DNA from: Nemertoderma westbladi
Taxonomy: Eukaryota > Animalia > Xenacoelomorpha
Assembly (NCBI GenBank): GCA_032718475.1
Contig: JAUCBJ010001520.1
Coordinates: 32,703 to 96,702 of the forward strand
Length of the DNA: 64,000 bases
Direction: 5' to 3'
Part shown: positions 25,481 to 37,680 of the stretch, piece after piece
Layout of the letters: every line of letters begins with the position of its first letter
Position numbering within the stretch: the first letter of the stretch is position 1
Made by a program: the position numbers and the translations under genes
Notes under the pieces: model-generated
Databases searched by the model: none
What the model saw: the letters and a program-made list of their open reading frames with translations, nothing else
What the model was told of the DNA's origin: nothing

Positions 25481-26399
25481 ATTATTAGGAGCCCGCTCGA
25501 CAGGCGGGATACTTACTGTAAAAATTTCAGGATATATAACACTGACTGACTGACTGATAATTATCAAGGTTCAGGCACTTCCTGCCTGTCGATTTTGTTG
25601 AAATTTTAAAAGTAAATTGCTTTGGTGGTTCATAATCGCGTTACAAAATATCAGATCGATTCAATGTGTGGTATTCGATATATTTCGTTTTTTTGAAATT
25701 ATTTTGTCGCGAAATTAAAAGCAATGGTAAAGTAACAACTCCCTGCCTGAGCTGCTGCAGCAGCTAGCTGTGTAAGAATGGTTGAGATAAGGGCTGCCTG
25801 AGATAGAATTCCATCAATGCAGAATTTCTTGACTACACCCCTCCTGCTGCTGGCTGCTGGCTGAGTCTACACATCCTTTATCAGCTCTCAGGGATAGGTA
25901 GAAAATAGTTGAGTTGTCAATAAACAAAATATAATATACCACTGCAGTAGGATTATATTATTATTCCACGAATCATTGGGCTGATTATTTTGTATAGGAT
26001 ATATGTAGAAAGTTCTTAAAAATAATATTCTTATTTTTTTTATTACATAGGATTAGCATCATTTTTTAGCTGAAGCATTAATAGTGTAAATTAATTTAAT
26101 TATCTTTTAATACCATTACTACATTGGCATACTGTAAGATAAGTTTTAACATTTCTTACAAATAGTGGTGCGAGCATAAAACTCAAATCACGCAAATTTA
26201 AAAGAACCGGGTGTGTCGTCATAGCAATGTTTCATTTTTTATTATGTGGGACGAGCCACAAAGTCAGCTAGCCCTACGCCTTATAGTTTAGACAATTATT
26301 TAGTTTACTTACTGCTGACCGACAAGGTTTATTTGTAATAGTCTTGTAAATGGGATTTTTCCCCCGGGGTCCTTCCAGCCAGCTTGCTGGCTTTCTAGT
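25481..26399. mobile_element. Non-autonomous Helentron/HINE (DINE-1-like) insertion
   Basis: Starts ttattaggagCCCGCtcgacagGCGGG (hairpin), has an (ACTG)n microsatellite at 25541, and ends AGCCAGCttGCTGGCTttCTAGtt. It is absent from the paralogous site (5975-5998), and no TSD is visible. Confidence 0.65.
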
Positions 26400-26859
26400 T
26401 TAAATCAATGAATATCCGGGAGTACATACTTGGACACTTTTACTTCTATAAAGTTATGAGGCAATACCCTGTCATTTTTGAGGACCTTTTCAAAGTGGGC
26501 CTTCCAACCATTGAGGTGATCGGCTGGATATTCTGCCTTAACCCTGGTGGTTCCTAGTGATATACTAATGAGATTGGGGGTTCCGAATTTTGTGGGCAGT
26601 CCAGGGGGGCTTTTTCCTGCTGCGAGTGTATACAGTGCAACGTGTGAAATGTTATTCCTATCCGCAATCTGGGGAACGGCTCCAAAGAGCAGTTTATTCT
26701 GCGAAGGGGTCTTACTGTATAAGATAAATAAAATAAAGAACAGTAATTAATTCTACCTAATACATTCTCAGTTAGCCTAATAAAATACATCGGAATCAAC
26801 CAGTAAAATGTACATGTACACATCGTCAATAAGTGAATTTTATGTTAAAAACTGAAGTT

Positions 26860-28175
26860 AACTCGCATCAGGGGTCCCATTGAGTAACTGCTTTTTGGAA
26901 ATGAGAATTGCTTGCGTAAAGGTCGTAGGACCATAGAGCCCATTTTGGCACATAGAAGGATAATTTAAGAGTTATCAAAAAAGAAAGACAGACAACTGGC
27001 TGGCCATCGGCTGTTCTCTTTGTCAATTTCTTCAAGGCCTTTGACTCAGTCTCTCGCTCACGTATGTTGAGCATACTTTCATTATATGGGATTCCTGATG
27101 AAATTATTGCAGCAATCAGATCAGTATACGATGGTTCGACAACATTTGTGTCTACTGTTGACGGTGACACACATCAATCCGAAGTGTTATGGGGAGTCCT
27201 CCAGGGAGACACACTTGCACCATTCTTATTCATAATTGTGGTTGATTATATCTTACGCATGTCCTTATATCATCATAACGTTGCTGGGGTAATGGTAAAT
27301 CCACCTACTGGCTGTAGAAGTCGAGCAAATCCTGTCAAGTAACAAACTGATCTAGACTTTGCTGATGACTTAGGAGTACTCTCAGAATCACTAGAGGGAG
27401 CCCAGCGGGTCCTGAGCTCATTATAACAGGCTGCTTCTAGTGTTGGTCTATTTGTTAACTCCAAGAAGATCAAAATTTTGATAGTTAACTTTGAAAGTCC
27501 TCAGCAAGTTTCTGATCGGATGAGCATAAGCTCAAAGGATGGTATGCTTGAGCATGTGGACGATCTGGGATGATGGATCCGGAAGTTAGGTTAGTAAGAA
27601 TACGTAAGGGTAAAGGATGGACAGCATTGAATGGTATTTCCAAGATTTGGAAGTCGCACAGAATACATCGGAAATTGAAGGTCTGATTATTTAGAGCAGC
27701 AGTAGTACCAGTACTCTATGGGAGTCCATGCTGGGCTCTAACTGCAGAGGACACCAAATCTCTGGATGGCACATTTACAAGAATGCTACGCCGGGTTCAT
27801 TGTGTCAAGTACAATGCACACATCTCCAACCAGATACAATATAACATTGGAGGTGTTTCATTGGTTCCCCCAAGTTTGAAACTTGAACAAGGCTACCTCC
27901 GCTTTGCAGGACATTGTTTTCGCCATGTGGACCAGCCAGTGCATAATCTAGTGCTTTCGCAGCCCCATGGATAAAATAAGCATGATAATAAATAAGCCCA
28001 TGACTTCCTTGAGACGCCTCTTAAGGGACACTGGCCTTGAAGATAATCTTGCGGATAATCTTGAGAAAGTCATGGGGGATAGGGAGTTGTTGCGGTTCGA
28101 CTTTGTTGATCATATTGGAAAAATATTTTTGTTAAGCCAGCATAGCATCTCAATTGTGCAGCTTCAATGCAGCAG
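26860..28175 (+). mobile_element. Degraded RTE LINE, same family as 12540-14319
   Basis: SLYGIPDEIIAAIRSVYDGSTT, GVLQGDTLAPFLF and LRFAGHC, with multiple stops. Confidence 0.92.
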
Positions 28176-28689
28176 ACATATGCTTAGATTTTGCTTAAAT
28201 TTCTTTATGTTAAGTTGACACTTAACATAAGTTTATATCACGTGCTGCGCTAAGTCTCTACTTCACTCTACTTCGTATTATCTATTAGTATTCCGATATA
28301 TTTAATGCTCTTGGTAAAAGTTTTACCTCTATAGGCCCAGTAGTATCCGATTACAGTTGTTTGAAAAAAGTTACTCAAAATATTCAGATTGTACTGTATA
28401 TGGTATGCCATCTAGCGGTAACTACAAAATAATAATAATAATATATGCACCCACATGCGGTGTAAATGGTAAATGCTACAGTAAAATTATATCAATTATT
28501 AATTCTAGGTTTAGAAAATATACAGTAATTAAGTAATTCATTGATATTTTAAATTCAATTAAAAAATATAATTAAAATCAGTTTGATAGTTAGATAAGAA
28601 TCATGCCAAAATACGTTAAAAATGGTGGTAATACTATTTAGGACGCCAGACGCTATAAAGAAGGGCACAATGGGCAAACTAGGGCGAGG

Positions 28690-30045
28690 TAGAAATACAT
28701 ATTATAAATGAAACACATATTATAAAAGAAATGCATATTATAAAAGAAATACATATTATAAAAGAAATACATATTATAAAAGAAATACATATTATAAAAG
28801 AAATACATATTATAAAAGAAATACATATTATAAAAGAAATACATATTATAAAAGAAATACATATTATAAAAGAAATACATATTATAAAAGAAATGCATAT
28901 TATAAAAGAAATACATATTATAAAAGAAATACATATTATAAAAGAAATACATATTATAAAAGAAATACATATTATAAAAGAAATACATATTATAAAAGAA
29001 ATACATATTATAAAAGAAATACATATTATAAAAGAAATACATATTATAAAAGAAATACATATTATAAAATAAATACATATTATAAAAGAAATACATATTA
29101 TAAAAGAAATACATATTATAAAAGAAATACATATTATAAAAGAAATACATTAAAGAAATACATATTATAAAAGAAATGCATATTATAAAAGAAATACATA
29201 TTATAAAAGAAATACATATTATAAAAGAAATACATAATATAAAAGAAATACATATTATAAAAGAAATACATATTATAAAAGAAATACATATTATAAAAGA
29301 AATACATATTATAAAAGAAATACATATTATAAAAGAAATACATTAAAGAAATACATATTATAAAAGAAATACATATTATAAAAGAAATACATATTATAAA
29401 AGAAATACATATTATAAAAGAAATACATATTATAAAATAAATACATATTATAAAAGAAATACATATTATAAAAGAAATACATTAAAGAAATACATATTAT
29501 AAAAGAAATGCATATTATAAAAGAAATACATATTATAAAAGAAATACATATTATAAAAGAAATACATATTATAAAAGAAATACAAATTATAAAAGAAATA
29601 CATATTATAAAAGAAATACATATTATAAAAGAAATACATATTATAAAAGAAATACATATTATAAAAGAAATACATATTATAAAAGAAATACATATTATAA
29701 AAGAAATACATATTATAAAAGAAATACATATTATAAAAGAAATACATATTATAAAAGAAATACATATTATAAAAGAAATACATATTATAAAAGAAATACA
29801 TATTATAAAATAAATACATTAAAGAAATACATATTACAAAAGAAATACATATTATAAAAGAAATACATATTATAAAAGAAATACATATTATAAAAGAAAT
29901 ACATTAAAGATATACATATTATAAAATAATACATATTATAAAATAATACATATTATAAAATAATACATATTATAAAATAATACATATTATAAAATAATAC
30001 ATATTATAAAATAATACATATTATAAAATAATACATATTATAAAC
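28690..30045. repeat. 18-bp AT-rich minisatellite (aagaaatacatattataa)n, changing to a 17-bp variant at the right end
   Basis: About 1.35 kb of tandem units; source of the KEIHII/MYFFYN ORFs. Confidence 0.98.
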
Positions 30046-30273
30046 TACAATATTCTACATTCATTTAATTTAACCATAATATTATTGAATTTTTTTCGCA
30101 CCTCATGATATTTTCACGAATTTTGATGTAACTACGGTTCTGATGGATCAAAATAAGACAAATTTTAACATTCCTAGAGCATACTGATTTGTTTATCTTT
30201 TGAGATGAGGTTGATTTTCGGCCACAAAAAGTTGAAATAAGGGCCGAAATGTTTAAATTTACTCGCACCTTAA

Positions 30274-31701
30274 CCCTATTACCACTGGGGTGTTTTGACC
30301 ATTAGCACCACTGGGGGGGGGGGCCGATTCGGCCCACCCACTATATTTTTGTAGTCGTCCAATGAAATCCTACAAAATTTGGGCTGTTGGTGAGACAACT
30401 ATAGATGAACACTACCAAACCTTAAAAAGTTAAAATTTCATAAGCAGGGACTCATAATTTTGATGAAAAATAAAAGTAGTCCCAGGACAAAATTACAAAA
30501 TTTTTCGTTTTCTAAAAACTAATAGTGTGGCAGTGCTGGCTAGATTTAGTAGGTTTTTCAAGACGCTGAATCGAATGTGATTATATTCCACTTCCAAAAA
30601 TTGAAGTGGATGCTATTTTTCGTGCACCTAAGAAGTGGGCGTGGCACTTCAAATTTTGAAAAATTCGATATTCAGAAAATGCCCCTAATTTTTTTATTTC
30701 AACGCATCTTTATGGGTTTTCTGGGCCGCTGAATCGATTGAAAGTAATATAGAAGCCTGAAGACTGAGTGGTTCGCCATTTTTGGTACACCAAAATTAGG
30801 GCGTGGCACTTCAAATTTTGAAAAATACAAGATTCGAAAAACAAACCAAATTTGAAATTTTAACGCATTTATATAGGTTTTCCAGACCGCTGAATCGATT
30901 GAAAGTAATATAGAAGCCTGAAGACTTAGAAGTTAGCCATTTTTTGAAATCAAAACTTTAGTGTTTTTTCCGAATAAAGTAATTTTGAAAATTTGAAGTG
31001 CCACGCCCTAATTTTGGTGCACCGAAAATTTCGTACACAAAGGATTTGAGGCTTCTATATTACTTTCAATCGATTCAGCGCTCCAGAAAACCTATAAAAT
31101 TAATTTGAAATCAAAACTTTAGTGAATTTTCCGAATCTCTTATTTTTCAAAATTTGAAGTGCCACGCCCTAATTTTGGTGCACCAAAAATGGCGAACCAC
31201 TAAGTCTTCAGGCTTCTATATTACTTTCAATCGATTCAGCGCTCCAGAAAACCTATAAAAATGCTTTGCAAATCAAAACTTTAGTGTATTTTCAGAATCT
31301 CGTATTTTTCAAAATTTAAAGTGCCACGCCCTAATTTTGGTGCTCCAAAAATGACGTACCACTACACTTACATACTTGTATAGAGCATTAGAGTGATCCA
31401 AACCAATAAAAATAAATAAAAATAGCCCAAACATAAATAATTACTAAATCACGAATGACTTTGTAAAATTCAAAAATTTCAAAAAATTTGGTGCTGGAGA
31501 CCAAATTTTGAGGTGGCACCCACATCGAAAAGTAGAAATCCAATTGCAACGGCGTTTTTTGCAAAAGATGCGGCATTAAATTTGGTTAATTCTCACAAAA
31601 AATTGGGCCGGTACGTAATGTGGTTGCATAGTTACAGCAACTAAAAACTAGGAAGGGGCCGATTCGGCCCCCCCCCCCCCCCCCCCCCAGTGGTAATAGG
31701 G
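30274..31701. mobile_element. piggyBac-type MITE, copy 1 (1428 bp)
   Basis: TTAA|CCCTATTACCACTGGGG ... CCCCAGTGGTAATAGGG|TTAA. Internal about 120-bp subrepeats occur in opposite orientations. Confidence 0.92.
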
Positions 31702-32042
31702 TTAAAATTAGAAATTTTAATAAATAATGTTATGTGAAATTTGCTGAAGTTTACATCGATTTAGGTGGTTGAAAACTATATTTTATGTCATTTTTTTAAT
31801 TATTTTTTATTTCGATCATTCATTGCTCATGTTCTATAGCACCTACTGCTAACGCCAAAGGATACATAATTTAGCTTCCTGTAGGCTGGGTAGTTTTCGA
31901 GTTAATCGAGATTCAAAAGTGTGAAATTATGATTTTGAAACCTTTTTTTCAAGGGATCAGCCAAGAAGCATATTCTCCAGAAACCCAAACGAAAACAGTA
32001 TGTAACATGGAAAGATCATTTCTAAGGGAGATCTTACCAAAT

Positions 32043-32146
32043 ACTACTATTACTACTAGGATTGGCATGCTGCATTGCAGCTGAATTTTTAAGAAAATGC
32101 TGTGCCGGCTTGTCGACAAAATTGCGCCGCCACAACTCCCTATCAT
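32043..32146 (-). mobile_element. 3' end of RTE LINE (family of 12540-14319)
   Basis: DRELWRRNFVDKPAQ followed by the 3' UTR and a (TAG/TAA)n tail on the minus strand. Confidence 0.88.
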
Positions 32147-32439
32147 TGAGACAGTCAGGAGAAGTACATACAGAACAATATTGAATGAATAAATTACTGC
32201 TCACATACAGCAACAAACAAGACTTACCTGGTAAACTGTAAATGAGGTATCTGGTCGGAAAAGTTGTGCTAAGGGGCGACTAAATGCAGATAGTCCTGAA
32301 GAACGTGTTGGGAAATTTATAGATCACTTCAGCAATTTGTTTGGACAGTCTCCAAACATCGAGGTCAGCCCACAATACGCCACCCATTGAAACAAGGGGG
32401 CTTTCAACTAAAGCCTCTCCCCAAGAAAAGATATTTTGG

Positions 32440-33590
32440 TATATCAACAACTACTACTACTAGGTCAAGCGAACTCGGACAGTAGAAATGAGATCCTTAC
32501 AGTTTTCCCGCTTTTCCATAGTTGTAGCAATTTCGTTTCTCTCAAGTCCGGTAACCCTTTCAAGTTTGTCTTTCTAAGTTATGGCCAGTGGTCAACAGCT
32601 ATACTTTCCTTGGCCTGCCATTAGTAGTCTTGTTAATTAAAGGTTGCACGCGACATACTGAGTAGTCCTATGTAGAAACTATAAATTCGTTGTTCAAGTG
32701 ATTTCGTCAATGTCTAGGTCTCACCCTCATATAAAAGTTCACTTTCCAATTTGACTCGAAAGAACTTAATCTTCAGGTGCGTGTAGATGTCTGCTTTCCA
32801 GATGGTATCCATTTTTGATAGACCAACCTTTGATGATAGATGCCTTTGCTTTCCTAGCTTTTGCTTTCCTTTCTCTTTTTTGCTACTCTCTATCCATGAT
32901 CCAAGGTACTGGAAGTCGTCAACCTTCCTTAGTTGATTATTATCAATGGTTGTAAAGTTTCCATCAACATTAAAGGTCATAAATTCGGTCTTGGTAGCAT
33001 TTATATGCAATCCAACCTCCTTAGCAGCCCTCTCCACTTTATTTAGTAGGAGCTGTGCATCTGCTAGCATATTAGAGAGCAGGGCGATGTCATCCGCAAA
33101 GTCGGTGTCTGTGACTGTAATTGCTTGAATGCAAATCCTGCATTTTTGTAATTTTAATTGAAAATCTTTACCCTTTGTCGCCGCCCTCATTTCGTAATCC
33201 AGTACAATTATGAATAGTACTGGCGCCAATGTGCCACCTTGAAGCACGCCAGCCAGGACAGAGAAAAACTCAGTTTAACCATCTGGTGAGAATACTTGAG
33301 CTACTGTCTTAAAATATACAATACAATGCCAGCGACAATTACTTCTGGTATTCCATAAACTCGTAGGATTTCCAGAATTTTACCTCTAGGGATGGAGTTG
33401 AATGCTTTCTTGAAGTCCACAAATGTCAGGACTGCGGGAAGATTCTTTGACTTAATTCCCTCATTCAGCCACTGCAGCACAAGTATCTGACATAATGATG
33501 ATCTATTTGGTCGAAATACATTTTGGCTCTGACGCAGCCTAATGCTATATAGAATCATTTTGTTGTATATTTTGGCAGCACCATGTTGGG
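32440..33590 (-). mobile_element. Degraded RTE-clade LINE, second family
   Basis: FVDFKKAF, YGIPE, VLQGGTLAPVLFIIVLDY, DFADDIALL, FQYLGSWI and a (TAG)n tail near 32450. A plus-strand RTE-like piece (VNEVSGRKS...HFSNLFG) lies at about 32200-32370. Confidence 0.85.
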
Positions 33591-33849
33591 AGTTTCTTTT
33601 TAGTGGTCTTTTAGTCCAAATTGGTGGTGACTTTTACTTGTGTACTTATTTAGCTACCACGTAAGGATGCAAGGCAGAGATGCGTGAGTTTGATAAAAAT
33701 ATAAGTAATGTATAAAAAATATAAGTGAAAAGTAAAAGTAAAATTTGGATTGTGACCTGTTGCAAATAATCATGTCCTGAATATTATATAATACATTCTA
33801 TAATAAAACTTACATGAAATAGATGTATCACTCCATTGTTTATGAAATA

Positions 33850-35600
33850 ACATACAAAAATTGTTTAAGAAAGTGGCTCCAACTATTATCATATCCCTAC
33901 ACGGCTATGTCAATGACATTATTGTTGAGGGTGAGTTTCCAGACTTCCTAAAGAAGTCTCATATCAAACCCCTGTTGAAGAAGCCGAAACTCGATGCAGA
34001 AGTCCTCAAGAAATATCGCCCTGTTAGTAATTTGAGTTTTGTCTCAAAATTGATAGAGAAGATAATTGTTATTCAGGCATCATCTCAGCTACTGTTTCAT
34101 GTAAAACAATCAGGATACCGACGAAACTATTCTACCGAAACTGTCAACTTAGCATTTCATAATGAGGTGCTTTCAGCTATGGATAAACAAGAGGTGACCC
34201 TTGCGGCTAACTTAGATTTGAGCGCTGCGTTCGATACCGTGAACCATATGCGTTTATTGGCGAAATTGGAACTCGTTTTTGGATTTAGAGGACGTGCGTT
34301 GAAGTTATTTGAATTTTATTTGAGTAATAGAGACCAGCGAGTTGTAATCGATTGTGAACAGTCAGATCCTATGGAGGTTGATACAGGTGTACCTCAGGGA
34401 AGTATCTTGGGTCCGTCTTTTCAACGTTTATTTGGTTGATTTATTTCTGTCACTCGACGATCTAAATTGTTCGTTTTTCAACTACGCTGATGATACAACG
34501 GTATATATTACTGGCAATGTGGCTGAAATAGATCTTATTAGTGAACAGTTAGTCACCGTACTGGATAATATATTATTATGGAACAAACGCACTCATCTTC
34601 AGTTAAACGCTGACAAGACTCAAGTGATACTTTATGGAACAAAACAACAAACTGATAAAGCGAAAAAGGTATATGATGTTACTGAATTACTTTATGATGG
34701 CAACAAAGTTAAATTTGTTGATACCGTCAAGTCCTTGGGAGTTCTCTTTGATGAAAACATGAAGTTCAACAAACACGTCGATGAGAATGCCAAGAAGACG
34801 AGGTACTACATCAAGAGTTTGTACAAAATTCGCCCTTATCTGAATAAAAATTATCTTGAAACTCTGACACACTCTTTTGTAGTTAGTCGATTGGATTATT
34901 GTAATGCAGTTTTGTCATCAGCTGATAACAAAACCATTAAGAAGCTACAAGTAATACAAAATTCGACAGCACGATTGGTGAGTGGTGTCTCAAAGTATAT
35001 GAAACACGATGATGGGACATATGAGTACAGTTCGATGACAACTCTACTGCGGAAACAACATTGGCTACCCATTAAAACTCGAATTGAGTTCGAGACTTCA
35101 CTGATGACATTTAAATGTTTGAAACACATGGCTCCCGATTACCTCTCCGATGCCATCGAGGTTGATGTACCAACTCGTTTGTTACGCTCTAATGCTTCCA
35201 TAAAGCTCGCCATTCCCAGTGTTAAAAACATGTTAACGATGAAGTCTTTCTCACGATATGCGCCCGACTTATGGAATACAATGGCTCCAAAAACTGTACA
35301 AACCTCAATAGACACTTTCAAAACACAACTAAAAACCTATTTATTTAATAAATACACTTAATTTGTCATTTTCCGTGTTTTGTCATTTTCAGTAAGTTTT
35401 TATTCAGTACGTTTTTATTTTTATCGAGTACGTATATTATTTTAAACGTCTGTCTGCTATCCGCCTTCAAAATTGTTCTAAATTTGTCCTAATTTATCAA
35501 ATTTTTGGTGCAGTTTATCACAGCCGGGCGCCCTGATAGGAGTAAAATCTAGGAGGGCGCCTGTTTAAACAAATATAAATATTGCAATTATTATTATACA
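33850..35600 (+). mobile_element. 5'-truncated L2-clade LINE (RT + C-terminus, one frameshift near 34420)
   Basis: YRPVSNLSFVSKLIEK, LDLSAAFDTVNH, GVPQGSILGP, YADD, SRLDYCN and HWLPI. There is a 3' stem-loop GGCGCCCT...AGGGCGCC (35527-35561) and an (ATT)n tail. Confidence 0.92.
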
Positions 35601-35977
35601 TAACAAGTTATCATTGGCTATCATTTCATGCTTTTCCACGCTGAGCATACCATGATAATGACATAATAATACAATAATGTCAGAATTTCAAGTTTCGGTT
35701 GTAGCCACAATATTTGTAACGATAGGAATATGTATCCCTGTGGGATTCAAGAGCCGCAGGTCAATATTCTTAGGTATCGTCTGGGAGAAAATACCTCGGG
35801 ATGAAAGGGCTTACAACCAAGCTATCATGTTGTCATCAACTTCCCGGTCAATAAACCGATTTGCTTCGAATCTCTTGTTCGCATGGACTAATTTCCATTC
35901 CACCACTCTACAACTATTTGAAGGAATACAATTGTAACATTCTCTGAAACTGTATTCTATAACAGTATTCTATTCTA

Positions 35978-36790
35978 ACATCCTATTAGCACTGGAAAGG
36001 GGTCGAATCAGCCCCCCTGGATTATAATTGCTGTAAAACTGTACAACCACATTATTTATCTGCCCGATTTTTTTGACAATTAGCCAAATTTAAAGGCGCA
36101 TCCTTTACAAAAAACGGCGTCGCAGTTGGATTTATACTTTTAGCTGTGGGTGCCACCTCAAAATGTGAAATTTTCTTTGAAATTTTTTTTTGAAATTTTC
36201 GCATTTTGTAAGGTTATTTATGAGTTCGACCATAGTGATGTTTTGGCTTTTTTATAGGGACATTCTACTGCTCTATACAAGTATGTACGTGTAGTGGTAC
36301 GTCATTTTTGTCATATTTGTAAAGGCACTTCAAATTTTGAAAATTTCAAGTTTCGGAAAATATGTCCAAATTTTGATTTCAACAATGAAGTACACTGTCA
36401 CATCTGAAGTACAATGAAGTACACTGATAAATGTATTATGATTTTTAGATAATTTTCATTCGATTCAGCGACCCAGAAAACCTATAAAAATGCGTTGAAT
36501 ACCAAGCTTTGGCGTATTTTCAGAATCTTGAATATCTCAAAATTTGAAGTACCATGCCATCATTTTGGTGCACCAAAAATGAGCTACCACTAGGTAGTCA
36601 TGTTTTTAGAATGTTTTTATGTGTATTTGTGTTGTTTTGTGTTAGAATGTTTTAAGTCTAATCGCATTCGATTTAGCGCCTTGAATAGCCTACTGGTTCT
36701 GGCCAACAAAGACACTATTCGTTTTTAAATTAACACAAATTTTGAAATTTGTTCCTGGGATACTTCTTTTTTCATATTATTTTTCATACT
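35978..36790 (-). mobile_element. Older diverged relative of the piggyBac-type MITE
   Basis: Decayed end tcctattagcactgg..ggtcgaatcagcccc. Shared blocks gtgccacctcaaaat, ctctatacaagtatgt, cgattcagcg.ccagaaaacctataaaaatgcgttgaa. Confidence 0.75.
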
Positions 36791-37610
36791 ATTGGGATCT
36801 TCTAAGATCTACTAATATAACGGATTAGGAATTCAGGACGTACAAACATCGTCCTACATCATTAGGATGTGTTGCCGACCACACGAACACCTCAACGGTT
36901 AGTGATCAGCCACGGAAATCCTCAATTTATCTGCATTGTCAAGTCACAAGTCCAATGTCTTGTATGAAACGTGTCGGGAATGTCAATAGGTGTCCCCTCA
37001 ACTATTCACCAGCCTGCTGCCATAAAACAAAAACACACCTAGGCTGATGGATCTTGGGATAAAATTAGACAAGATTTATATGTGTTTGCAGTGTAGAACT
37101 GGATTTGGGGAAGGTGAAGTTATAAAGGTTGTAAAATATTTCATTTGATATGCAATGAAATCTTATGCCATGAACCCTGCATACAGTAGTATACCGCAGT
37201 GGCTATGTATTTTGCAATCTACTATCTTATTATAGCAGGGAATATCGAAACAGGAGGGGAACCTGATGGAAATACCATCTTGGCAAATTAATATATCGTC
37301 TCAAAGATAAATTTTCAAATAAGGGAAAGGTGCAGGTTAAAGTGGCACGTTATTCTAACCAAAACAAAAGGCCATACAAATAAATGGTCAATACTTCAAT
37401 TCAATAACTTCAAAAGTCAATAGAACATGTCGAGAGTAATCCGTTGTTATTCCCGGCGATTTCCCCCGGAGAGGAATTTATTCATTCATTTTCAAAGCCC
37501 CCCCCCCCCCTATCTATGTATATCTAAAGGAAGCATTAATATTGACATTGAGTCGTGGCCGTGACCGTGTAACAAATGGTTGTATTCGAGTTGGATATCA
37601 AAATGAGAAA

Positions 37611-37680
37611 GGGGGGCGGGGGGGTGTGGGGGAGGGGGGGGGGGGGTGGGGGGGGGGGGGGGGGGGGGGGGGTGGGGAGA
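37611..37680 (+). repeat. About 70-bp poly-G tract
   Basis: Nearly pure G run. Confidence 0.9.

Noticed and set aside
28653-29819. KEIHII / MYFFYN repeat ORFs
   Set aside because: Translations of an 18-bp AT-rich minisatellite that is open on both strands.
32150-33590. Twin-priming 5' inversion of an RTE LINE
   Set aside because: The plus-strand piece abuts the 3' tail of the minus-strand piece rather than its 5' end, which is the wrong geometry.
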